Source of the DNA: Podarcis liolepis
Taxonomy: Eukaryota
DNA length: 64,000 nucleotides
Direction: 5' to 3' (one strand)
NCBI GenBank assembly: GCA_965112155.1
Contig: OZ218103.1
Position numbers and translations under genes: made by a program. The notes beneath the pieces are model-generated. The model saw only the letters and a program-made list of their open reading frames with translations. It searched no databases and was not told where the DNA came from. Position 1 is the stretch's first letter, and the number at the start of each line of letters is the position of its first letter. Shown piece after piece: positions 36,029 to 64,000 of the stretch.

Positions 36029-38009
36029 TGTTTCATTGTGTTTTTAATATTTTGCTGGGTGACACCGAGTCAGATGGGTGTTTGTTTTATTCATTATTAT
36101 TATTAGCAGAAATAAGAGGGGTAGAATCAAGTAGCTGCAATCACTGGTAAAATGCTAACTACTTCAGCACTTTACTGTTGTAGTTCTAGAAAGAGCATTT
36201 CTGTCCATATAAGCCTCCACATTGGGTGAAAGATTCATGAACTGCAAGAGTTTGGACTATATGGCACCTTCCAACTATGATTCCATGTAGGTACTAGTAA
36301 TTGAAAAGCCAAAAGTATTTCAATGTTGGGTTAACTGGGACATTACTATAAATTAAGGAGTCACTCCTTTAAATTAGTTGTCACATAGCTCCCTCTGCTG
36401 GCTTCATCCAGGTTTCAACCACAGCTAATTTCAGCCATTGTAATATTTACACAAAATTTTAATCCCCCCCCCCCCCGAAAAAAGAAATTGGTAGGAAAAT
36501 AAAAATAGCCTGAACTTGCTCACTGGTGCCAGAATGTATGGTTCTAAGAAGTGATAATTCTCATCTTCAGATGTTGTAAAATAAAGATGTCATACGGTTT
36601 ATTTTGCTTTGCAAAATAAAGCCCTTGCAAAGAGATACTGCAAACAGCCTGCTCATAATTGTTTAGGAACTGATTCTTTTCCTGTGTCAGAGAGGGCTAA
36701 ATGCTGTAACGACGGAGTCTTTATTAGGGGTGTGCAAACAATTCAGGTAACTCCCAAATGAAGAACCAAAGTGGGGCTGCTTCAGGAAGATTCTGGGCTT
36801 GTCTGAGCCAAAGGGGCATCTCTTCAGTGTATCCTGAACAGAGGACTGATGAAACACTTCAGAGATTGAGATGTTAAACTATGGCATTGTGTCTCCAGAA
36901 ACTGAAGCATTTTCCCCAAGGGTTGACATAACACCAGGATGTGGAGAGCTCTTTTGTGACAGACACGCCTAACTTGAAATCAGAGGGAATTATTATACCA
37001 AGGCTCTCCAATCACAGTGCTTTGGTGAAGGGATGTCAAATTTATCTCCTTGCTCCTTTCTGTCTTGTGGTCTTTGCTTGAAATTTTGCAGGTTACTTTC
37101 CATGGGGCAATTTTTTGATGTGTGCTGTTTCCATTAAAAACCATTGCACACCAAACCAAGTGGTTGCAATGTATAGTTCTCCTCCACAAAAATCAACTTT
37201 AAATGTGCCTACCACAAAGCCCCCTGGCACTATTTGTCTGCGACTGGGCAGTTTCTTACAGGAGGGGCACCTTTCCCAAACTGTAAAATGGTTTCCCCCT
37301 TTCAGAAAAACCACTGGAGTGATCCTTACGCAATTTAGCAGCATACATTCCTTCAGAAGAGTCTGTCATACCTGTAGATTTCATCCAATCCCCCCCCCCC
37401 CAAAAAAACTATAGATGTTTCTCTTTTTAAAAAAAATCTATCAAATTGTAAAGGTGCCCAGCACAAAACATCCCTGACCAATTTTTCTGATTTGGCAGGC
37501 TATATGCACGCTGGAGGGGCTACTTTGCCTAAAGATGTTATCTAATTCCGTCAAAAGAAAAGGAGAAAAAAATCCTCAGCCACTTTTGATTAACGATAGG
37601 GGGACTTAAGCTTCATTTTTCTAAAGCAAATGTGGACCCAGAACTCACTCAGACAAACAATGAAGCAGTCCAATTTCCAAATAAATGCCAAATCAGGATG
37701 AAAACCAAATTTTGTGGCTGGTTCAAAACCTTAATATTTACACACAATGAACAAGCAACAAAGTCTGCCTGGCTTTTTGACCCAAAGTTCAAAATATGTG
37801 CAATTAGAAATTGAAATGTGACCTTGTACTGTTTAGCTGAGCCCCAGGACATTTAGTACTTAATTATTTGATACAAAATGATGCTCCTAAATGCAAATCT
37901 ATGAGAGAAAAACAAATAAATCTGCAATGTTCATGGGATTTATTTTTCATTTTTTATGTACAGAAATACTAATTTGAAGCCAAACAACATTGAAATCATC
38001 TTCACACAA

Positions 38010-38015
38010 TTTATT
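38010..38015 (-). terminator. Candidate distal polyadenylation signal of MYSM1
   Basis: AATAAA on the minus strand about 1.45 kb after the stop; others at 39437-39442 and 37939-37944. Confidence 0.45.
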
Positions 38016-39455
38016 GAAGGGGCAATGTGAGCAAGAAGAGTTCTTTGCATTGTTTTAATGATAAAATCCTTCTCAATTCCTGAGAAAGACATCACGGGCA
38101 AATATACCTGTATTGTGCTTTTATATGAGGGTCAAATAGTCCAGTAATTCTCTTCTGTACAAACATACAATATTTACATTGCTGTCATATGGCAATATGC
38201 AGATTTACAATAAGGATGTAAACAATAAAATTTAGAAGCTGCATTATGATTATCACATAACTCTGTAAAACATAAACTATGGTTTTGGATATTCCAATCC
38301 AGAGGAATTCCCAGATATTATTTAGCAATATGCTAGAATTTCAATGGGGAAGATGAGACATTGGATCACATGCAACTTAGAAGTCGTAATGGTCTAAGGA
38401 GTCAAGTAACAGGTAATATTTCAAAAGCAATGCGAATACACCTAGTGCACTATGATACAGGGTCCCTTGCATGCAGATGATTACTGAGTCAAATATATTC
38501 TAATACTGAACTAAAGGGGCTAAAGTGGAACATGTTGCACATCCATAACTTCCACAGGGTAAAAATAAAAAAAAAAGTCCACCTGGGATTCAAGAATAAA
38601 GTTATATAATCCTTCAGAAAATTTCTTACTCCTTTGTATGTCTTTCATATTTAGTACATATTCTGAGTTGTGATACCCAAGGGTCAAGGGAATGTTTTAA
38701 GCACATGAGCCCAGCTTCGGCTGGGGAGGGCGGGATATAAATAAAAAATTCATAATTTCTGTTTGGAAAGGCTCAGCCTTCTTTCCCTAGTTCTTGAGAA
38801 ATGAACAAGGCCACCCAAACTCTGCAAATCTATACAATTAATCTGGATAGAAGAATTTGATATGAAGGATTTATTAGTCCAATATTGTTTTGCTACTGCA
38901 GACTTCTGTTGAAAGCAGTAAGCCTCTTGAATGGGCTGGGCATGCATCAAGTGAGAAACTCAAGACTGAGATGCTCAATGAGAAATCATATCATTGTTGT
39001 CTTGTGGTTTTCCATCCTTTCCCGATTTCAGCAATATGCAATACAACTCAGTTTATCCACTGGACAAAATGTGCTTGCAGTTACATTAGACATTGAAATG
39101 TATAACACAGGGGTGTTCCCAAAATGGCACAAGGTAGGCAATATAACTAATTTATGTTAACATCAAATTTCTAATAGCTCTTGGTCCAAGCAGAACACTA
39201 TCACTTCAGCTATTTGGGGCAACAAATGGTGCAACTGTTTTATCCAAGTGGTGGGCTGCCAAGTAGTTCATTCATCTCTTTGCAACACAACCATAATTTC
39301 AGAAGATTAGAAGTTATGTCAGAGATCAGATAGTTTGTCATGATTGTCTCACACTGTCTTTCAGTAACAGTCATTTTCTTGACCCGCAGTGGATGCTGTC
39401 ATGTTCAAGAATGGACACTTTATAATAAAGTGAGCATTTATTCTTTTCAGCACTA

Positions 39456-57120
<17,665 letters not shown>

Positions 57121-57714
57121 GCCGACACCCGCCCGCCGACGCCGCAGCCGCCGACACCGGAAGTCGCGGGAACAAAACAGGAAACGGGGGGTCCAAGGCC
57201 GGCCCAGGGAATGCGGTTCAACCATAGAGAGTTGTGAGCATGCGCTCCATGACGCTGCGAAGCTTCGGGCGCCCTTCCTTTTGCCCTCAAGCTCTAACGG
57301 GGAATCGCCGGACTGGGGGGGGGGGGGCGGGATGCGCAGTGGGAATAGGAAAAGAGCTTGGTAGGAAGCGGACCGCGATGGGAAGAGAGAAGAAGCAGGG
57401 TAGGAAGAATATAATAGGGCATGTTCTTGTCTCTACACACACACACACGCGCGCGGGGAAGCTTCCAAAATGAAAACGTAAAAGCACAGCGTAACCAAAC
57501 AAAAAGCAGAATTTTGCAGGGAAAGTGGGAGTCCTCGGGGAGAAATTAAAACGGGATAAAATGACCTCTTCTGGTTGCAAGCCATGGGTGGTGATCAAAG
57601 GATAGAAGTTGAAGGAGAGCTCTCACTCGGGAGAAAAATAACATTCCGGTCCTACTTAGAATTCAGTTAAAAATACCTCTGTCAACGCCAGTAGCCACTG
57701 CCTATGTTAGATTA

Positions 57715-57953
57715 CAATGGTACCTCGGGTTAAATACGCTTCAGGTTAAATACGCTTCAGGTTGCAGACTCCACTTACCCAGAATTATTACCTCGGGTTA
57801 AGAACTTTGCTTCAGGATGAGAACAGAAATCGCGCGGCAGCAGCGGGAGGCCCCATTAGCTAAAGTGGTACCTCAGGCTAAGAATGGTTTCAGGTTAAGA
57901 ACAGACCTCCGGAACGAATTACTACTGTAAGTTCTTAACCCGAGGTACCACTG
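57715..57953. mobile_element. Tc1/mariner (Tigger-like) MITE upstream of MYSM1
   Basis: CAATGGTACCTC...GAGGTACCACTG with TA duplication. Confidence 0.87.
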
Positions 57954-58724
57954 TATTGCCCTATTGCTCAGGTATAGGAGATTTGTAAAATGGACGCATT
58001 TCACAGATCCTTAACGAGAATTTTCACATTTACGACTAAACAGAGGACTGAAATCATAAATGTGGGAGTATTTTTTCAGATTATTAACTATAAAGTTGTT
58101 GAGGCACCAAGAATTGTGTGAGAGCAGACAGCACGTCAGCTGCCTTAAATGGTGTCAGCATGACTCAGCTTTATCCTGATGTAAGCTTCTTCTGAGCTTG
58201 TTGAAGGAATAATGGGAACCAAATTCTATAAATAAACAATATAGCAGGAAGAACAGGTACAACCATCAAGTACAAATTTGGTTTTATCTTTTTTTTTGTA
58301 AATTGTTTTGAAGGTTTTTGTCTTTACAATCAAGCAGTGTACTGTAGAAATTTTATGAAATAAGTAATACTCTCGGTGTTTCTCCATCCTTGCTTTGTTC
58401 AAACTTATGCCATTGCTTAAAACAGTCACTTTCCCCCTTTCAGAGCCCTCACTTCTTCACTTACTTTCCTTCTTCCATTCCTCAGCTACCCTATATGAGA
58501 CAGATAATGGATGTGGATCCCACAAATTTTTCATAGTATGATCCCATAGAGTGTTTCATTCTTACCATGTATTGCCTTCGAAATGAAGTTCCAGATTCAA
58601 TGCAGTAATTCAGATATTTTATTATCAAGCAAACACCCATATATAAACAACAACAATGAAGCTTCTCTAACTGAACAAGCTAACTGACATACCTTCTCTT
58701 AAAATTTTATTTGTTTTAAAGATA

Positions 58725-59090
58725 AAGTAAAGGTAAAGGGACCCCTGACCGTTAGGTCGTCGCGGATGACTCTGGGGTTGCGGTGCTCATCTTGCTTTAC
58801 TGGCCGAGGGAGCCTGCATTTGTCTGCAGACAGCTTTCCGGGTCATGTGGCCAGCATGACTAAGCCGCTTCTGGCAAACCAGAGCAGCACATGGAAACAC
58901 CATTTACCTTCCCGCCGGAGCGGTACCTATTTATCTACTTGCACTTTGACGAGCTTTCGAACTGCCAGGTTGGCAGGAGCAGGGAATGAGCAACGGGAGC
59001 TCACCCTATTGCAGGGATTTGAACCACCAACTTTCTGATCAGCAAGCCCTAGTCTCTGTGGTTTAGACCACAGCACCACCCGCGTCCCAG
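58725..59090 (-). mobile_element. Sauria/Squam1-type SINE with 12-bp TSD
   Basis: Highly similar to the copy at 1640; flanking repeat gttttaaagata at 58713-58724 and 59091-59102. Confidence 0.9.
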
Positions 59091-59410
59091 GTTTTAAAGA
59101 TACAATAACATATAATCATGAGGGTATATGTGCAAATGGGACTACAGAATATGAGAGAAGAGAAGGTCTGGAGGGGGGGCTGTGTGAATTGGGGTGCCCA
59201 AATGGAGAGGGAGGCATGGACATAGGGGGAAACGGGTGGATATAGGTGCAAAGTTGGGCTGCAGAACAGAAGAGAGTAGCTGCTTCAAAGGTATAGTTGG
59301 GAAGGTGAAATGGAGGTTTAGCAATTGCATGGGGTGAAAAAGGAAAGAAAAAGGGGGTTAATGTGGGGGCACTGGGGGATTCCAAATGGAATGAGCAGGG
59401 AGGGCAGAAC

Positions 59411-59561
59411 CATGGGCGTAGCCAAGAGGGGGCAGCTCCCCTCCCCCCCCCCCCCGATCAAGTAAAACAATATAAATACTTAACTAACTGACCAATCACG
59501 TCAGTTCTGCCCCTCCAACAATGTCCTACCCTCCCTAACAAAAATCCTGGCTACACCCATG
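59411..59561. mobile_element. hAT-type MITE (same family as 17107)
   Basis: Same TIRs and shared core aatacttaactaactgaccaat; perfect 8-bp TSD ggcagaac. Confidence 0.86.
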
Positions 59562-60310
59562 GGCAGAACCCTCCTAGTACAGTAATATCTGTAATCCCAA
59601 CCACACCCCAAAAAGCTTATGTCCAAAGCAGCTAATATCAATTGTAATAAAACAACACACAACAATAAAACATCAAAACAAATCAGGAACAATAAGAGAT
59701 AGGCAGGCAATCTAAAACTAAAATCTAAATGCTAAGCGGTAATCCAACTGAATAATTTTGAAGAGCAAACCAAAACAACACTGGCAAGGAGGGAGATAGC
59801 GTAATCCCTCCATGCAATGGCATTCCATGTGCTGGGTGCCATTACAGGAAAAGGTTAACCTTTCCATGACTGTATTTAAGTAGTAGCTTAGTACCTGTAG
59901 GCAGCATGGAATTGCATGCAGGCAAATGAGTAGGCTTGAGGAGAAGGAGGGATGAGGGCCCCATTCCTCCTCTGTGCTCAGAATAGAAACCAAGTGAGCT
60001 GGCAGGTGAGGGAAGCCCTGCCTCTGTAGGAATGCAGAGAGGCTTGCTTCAGGAGGAATGAAATACTTCTGCCAACCACCTCCAGTGGATGGACTAGTTG
60101 TTTTCTTAAGGCTAGGGCCTTTTGTGGGCTTGTTTATAGGAACCCTCCCTCCTTTAAGATTTTGATTTAAAATAATAATAATCAAGAGATCCAACCACTG
60201 ATTTCCTGCATTGACCCTGAAATAGGGGGGCCCAGACACAGGTGAGAGCAAGGCACTAGACAGCAGGAAGAAACAACTTGTGCTTCTTACGTAGATTCTT
60301 CTTAGCACAT

Positions 60311-62581
60311 TTATCTTATCAATAACATTTTCTTTTTCAAAAGAGTAACAATTTGAGCCTGGCTTTCAGTTGGGCTGGATTCTGCTACTTGAAGTGGAGT
60401 CTTCTTCAGGCTATTTGTGGCCTGCAGATTTGCTTTACCCCCCTCAGACCAGCTGACCAGTGCGCTCACACAGTTAAAATGACCAGCTCTGCAAGCACAA
60501 TGCAATGGTGTGTCCTTATTGTTGTCCAGAGCATTAATGGCTGAACCGTTGCTCAAGAAGAAATGTATTAGGTCGCTGTGTCCGTGTTCTGCTGCAAGAT
60601 GTAGTGGTGTCTTCCTCCAAATATTTTTGTCATCGATATTTTTATTCTTGCCAGCAGCCAGAAGGGCCTGTAGTATCTCCACATTCCCATTGATGGCGGC
60701 ATAGTGCATAGATGTGCATCCGTCCATGTCTTTGGCACCAAACCTGGACTTCTTCGCTAACAGTGCTTTCACTGCGTTAAGATGACCTCCCATGGCTGCA
60801 AGATGAAGCGGGGTCTTTTTCTCCTTGTCTGTTGCATTGGAGTCAGCATTGAAGTTCAGCAGCAGTTCTACCATAGCAGGGTTTCCTGCTTCAGCAGCAA
60901 GATGCAGAGCTGTCTTTGCCTGCTTATCCTTAACGTTGACATTAGCCTTTCGCCGCAGCAGCTTTTGCGCAACTTCCACATGGCCCTTATAACTTGCAAT
61001 GTGCAAGGGAGTGAGCAGTTCTTTAGTGACCGAATCAGTTTTCGCACCTCCGTCAATCAATAAGTCAACTAGTCCTCCCTTATTGTGCAATGCGGCCACG
61101 TGGAGGGGGGTCTGATCTCCCTGCCCGGCAATGTTGGCATCCAATCCTTTGCTCAGGAGCATCTTTGCAATGGAGGAGGCTCCAGCTTGAACTGCCAGAT
61201 GTAAAGCACTGCTTGAGTTTGGGGCCTTGTCCTTCAGGCTCGCTCCCTTTTCAATGAGAACTTTTGCTGACTCGGTCTTGCCCATCTCGCACGCCACAAG
61301 CAGTGGTGTGTACTGCGCTTCGTCGAGGGCGTTTTTGTCGGTACCTTTATCAATTAAAGCTGCTACGATGCCATGCAGGTCCTTCTGAATGGCTTTAAAG
61401 AGAGCTGACACCATCATAGCCGGCGACATGCCTTTGGAATAGTCCAGCAATAACTTGAAGAGAGAGTGACTGTTGCTGTTAAAGGCTACATCAATGATGC
61501 TGGAATCAATGTTGGCTCCAGCTTCCAGGAGAACCTGGACAGTCTTCTCAAACCCTCGAGACACGGCATAGCCCAAAGCGGTCTGTCCTCTCTCATCCTT
61601 GGCATCCTTCAAAGCACCATTCTTTAGGATGGCTTGCACCAGCTCACTGTCATCTCTGAGAGCAGCCATGTGCAGGAAGTTGTGTTGGTTCTTGTGTCGC
61701 CTCACCTCTTCTTTCAGGATGCTCTTCAGAACATGGGTGTGGTGGTTCTGATGGGCCAAATGAAGTGGGCTCTTGCCTTCTTGATCCAAGGTGTACATGT
61801 TGGCACCCGACTGGAGCAGCATTTTCACAGCTTCGCCGTGACCTCTCTCAGCAGCTCTGTGTAGCGGGGTTCTTCCTTTCTTATCCTTAACTTCCAGCTT
61901 AGCCCCTCTGCCGATTAGATAGTCAATTATTTCTGTATGCCCGTGAGCCGCTGCAATGTGTAGGAGGGTTTCATCTTCAGAGTTTACTGCGTTAATATCA
62001 TTCTCTTTTAAGATCTTTTCTAAATAGGAAAGATTACCTTTAGCCACAGAATCAAAGACGGAAAGAGAATTGAAAGAATTGTCTTGGGATTTCACAGCAG
62101 CTGAATCCTTTTTTACTTTACGTTTGATCTGAGTCAGCTTTTCTGGCTTAGCTAAAACCTGTCTGGGGCTATCCTTCTTTTCTTGGTGAGGATCTTTACC
62201 CTTTTGAACCCACCCTTTATCTTTCTCCAGTAGATAACCTATCAGTTGCCTTCTGGCATCACCAATTCTTTCATTCACATTGCTGACATAACTCCTCATG
62301 TTGTTATATAGCTGTGGCTCAATCTGTTTCAGACATGGATAAAAAAAGAGCCTGCAAGCTCGCTCACCTTGAGAAACCAATATATCCAGGACCCGGGAGT
62401 TCTTTGCAGTTCTTGTTCTGTAGTAGGATAAGACCATTTTTTTCTCCGGTGTAAAAATGCCGTGTTCTATCAGCCAGTTCAGAAGCTGATCAGGGTTCCT
62501 TATGCCATCTACAAGTTCGTTCTTTTTCGTTCTCAGTACTTCTGTGGCATAGGGATTTGTGAACATGCCAGCTGAATACAT
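60311..62581 (-). CDS. CAIAP: CARD- and ankyrin-repeat-containing inflammasome adaptor protein (Caiap-like), intronless CDS, 756 aa (751 aa if the ATG at 62566 is used)
   Basis: Uninterrupted ORF. N-terminal CARD-like helical domain ([17 protein letters not shown]...LLNWL...[18 protein letters not shown]), a basic linker, then roughly 15-16 ankyrin repeats (TPLHxAA...G...V..LL..GA). This architecture matches zebrafish Caiap. Confidence 0.88.
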   Translation of the reverse strand: MYSAGMFTNPYATEVLRTKKNELVDGIRNPDQLLNWLIEHGIFTPEKKMVLSYYRTRTAKNSRVLDILVSQGERACRLFFYPCLKQIEPQLYNNMRSYVSNVNERIGDARRQLIGYLLEKDKGWVQKGKDPHQEKKDSPRQVLAKPEKLTQIKRKVKKDSAAVKSQDNSFNSLSVFDSVAKGNLSYLEKILKENDINAVNSEDETLLHIAAAHGHTEIIDYLIGRGAKLEVKDKKGRTPLHRAAERGHGEAVKMLLQSGANMYTLDQEGKSPLHLAHQNHHTHVLKSILKEEVRRHKNQHNFLHMAALRDDSELVQAILKNGALKDAKDERGQTALGYAVSRGFEKTVQVLLEAGANIDSSIIDVAFNSNSHSLFKLLLDYSKGMSPAMMVSALFKAIQKDLHGIVAALIDKGTDKNALDEAQYTPLLVACEMGKTESAKVLIEKGASLKDKAPNSSSALHLAVQAGASSIAKMLLSKGLDANIAGQGDQTPLHVAALHNKGGLVDLLIDGGAKTDSVTKELLTPLHIASYKGHVEVAQKLLRRKANVNVKDKQAKTALHLAAEAGNPAMVELLLNFNADSNATDKEKKTPLHLAAMGGHLNAVKALLAKKSRFGAKDMDGCTSMHYAAINGNVEILQALLAAGKNKNIDDKNIWRKTPLHLAAEHGHSDLIHFFLSNGSAINALDNNKDTPLHCACRAGHFNCVSALVSWSEGGKANLQATNSLKKTPLQVAESSPTESQAQIVTLLKKKMLLIR

Positions 62582-63724
62582 GATGTGTTTAGATTATGCA
62601 CCCGCAATACATTAAACATGCCTTTGAAGTTCGGCATTTAGCATGAGAAAGGGTAGATTGTTACATAAGTTTGCTCCAGTTTCTGCCAACAAATATTCTG
62701 GTGGTCCAACTGGAAATCTCAGCGACAACCACACACACAGGGGGGAAAGGGAGAGCATAAACTTTTCACCTCTCGTTGTGCAACGCTGTTGCCTTCCAAT
62801 TCTCTTTTCTATTCCTTAACAACAGACTGGAGTTGACGAATTGAAACAAAACAAAACTCAGTAAAAATATTCCAGTAAAAATGGTCGCATTGCAAGAACT
62901 TGCAAGATAAAATCGGGAGGAAGTTTTCAAAGTTGGTAGCTAAGCTGTTGATGGATAGAAACTAAAAAAAAAAAAAAATGTATTTGGCATGTGTGACCCA
63001 TCTGTCAAACATGTCAGTAGAAAAGCAGCAGGCTAGTAACTGTTGCTATGTAATTAGCCTTTGTGTAACATTAAGATAAAATTGTATACCCTTCAGTTAG
63101 TTACACAGCGGCATATCACACAGTGATCAAAAGCTGCAGGGCAAGTAGCTAAGAATGAGTTTAATGTTTCAAAAAAAGTAGATCCCGCATTTATTTTATT
63201 TATTTAGAAAAATGCATTAGCCACTTTTTAAAAAAAACTATCCTAAGCAATGTACATACAACAATAAAACTTTTCAGATAGCAACATAATGGCATGCTAT
63301 GAAAGGGCCATATATGTGAAACATGAAAAAAATCAAGAAATAGACATTTATTTTACCTTTCGCAACATGTAATAATTTAATCAGTGCTGTGAGCTTATGG
63401 CGTTTCGATAAAGGCAAATTCTGATTGAAAACACATCTGTCCTCGAGGTGGAATATTTTAACAACTGAGGAATTTTCATTAAAGCGATATGGGCAAATTA
63501 TAATGACGGCTTCTAATAAACAGAAGATTAGCAGAACAATCTTACATAGCAATTGCACCGGGAGTAAAGTTACATCACTGCTATTTTATATTTATAGACA
63601 TATTCATAGTCTGCCCTCTCACAAAATATCAGGGCAGTGCACAGCAATATAACAAAATATTTTTTTAAAAAGCATTAAAAGCAGTATGGAATTATCATTA
63701 AAATAACCAGCAACTCAATAAATA

Positions 63725-63760
63725 AATGAATGAATGAATGAATGAATGAATGAATGAATG
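63725..63760. repeat. (AATG)n microsatellite
   Basis: About 9 tandem AATG units. Confidence 0.9.
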
Positions 63761-64000
63761 CATAGGTCTGCCAGCAGCTTTCTTCTAAGCAGGTAGGATG
63801 GCTATACATGCTCAGCCCAGGAGTAGGAAAGAAAACACACAAAACAGAAAATTCAAAAATAGCATAAAAGCAGAAGATAGGCCCCTCCATCTGTGAACAC
63901 ATAGCCAAAATCCACCATACACAAACCATACACAGAGGAAGCCAGTGAACTCACAGTGAAAAGGGCACAGTGAAAATGGGTGCTGTGCAGGGGTATATTC

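Noticed and set aside
59718-60308. 196-aa ORF right after the Caiap stop
   Set aside because: It starts at GTG in another frame and has no recognisable domain. In-frame read-through of the Caiap stop ends after two codons (TAA ATG TGC TAA).

Overview
This is eukaryotic DNA, not prokaryotic. It is vertebrate and most likely a squamate reptile: the Sauria/Squam1-type SINEs suggest a lacertid lizard. Four protein-coding genes lie in tandem on the minus strand. (1) OMA1, a mitochondrial metallopeptidase: six coding exons resolved, with the 3' end running off the left edge. (2) TACSTD2/TROP2, intronless. (3) MYSM1, complete: 20 coding exons, 2469 nt, 822 aa. (4) An intronless CARD + ankyrin-repeat gene matching Caiap, a little-studied inflammasome adaptor reported in non-placental vertebrates. 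I placed exon boundaries by hand from GT-AG sites and reading-frame continuity. The rest is a typical reptile repeat landscape: Sauria SINEs, CR1 and L2 LINE fragments, CORE-SINEs, Tc1/mariner- and hAT-type MITEs, and a probable solo LTR. I found no wholly new biological system. The best leads are: the Caiap gene sitting about 3.2 kb upstream of MYSM1; a U12 (minor spliceosome) intron in MYSM1; an overlapping uORF at the OMA1 start whose frame is set by a dinucleotide repeat; and several transposon insertions with intact target-site duplications (TSDs). Almost all short ORFs in the supplied track are spurious.
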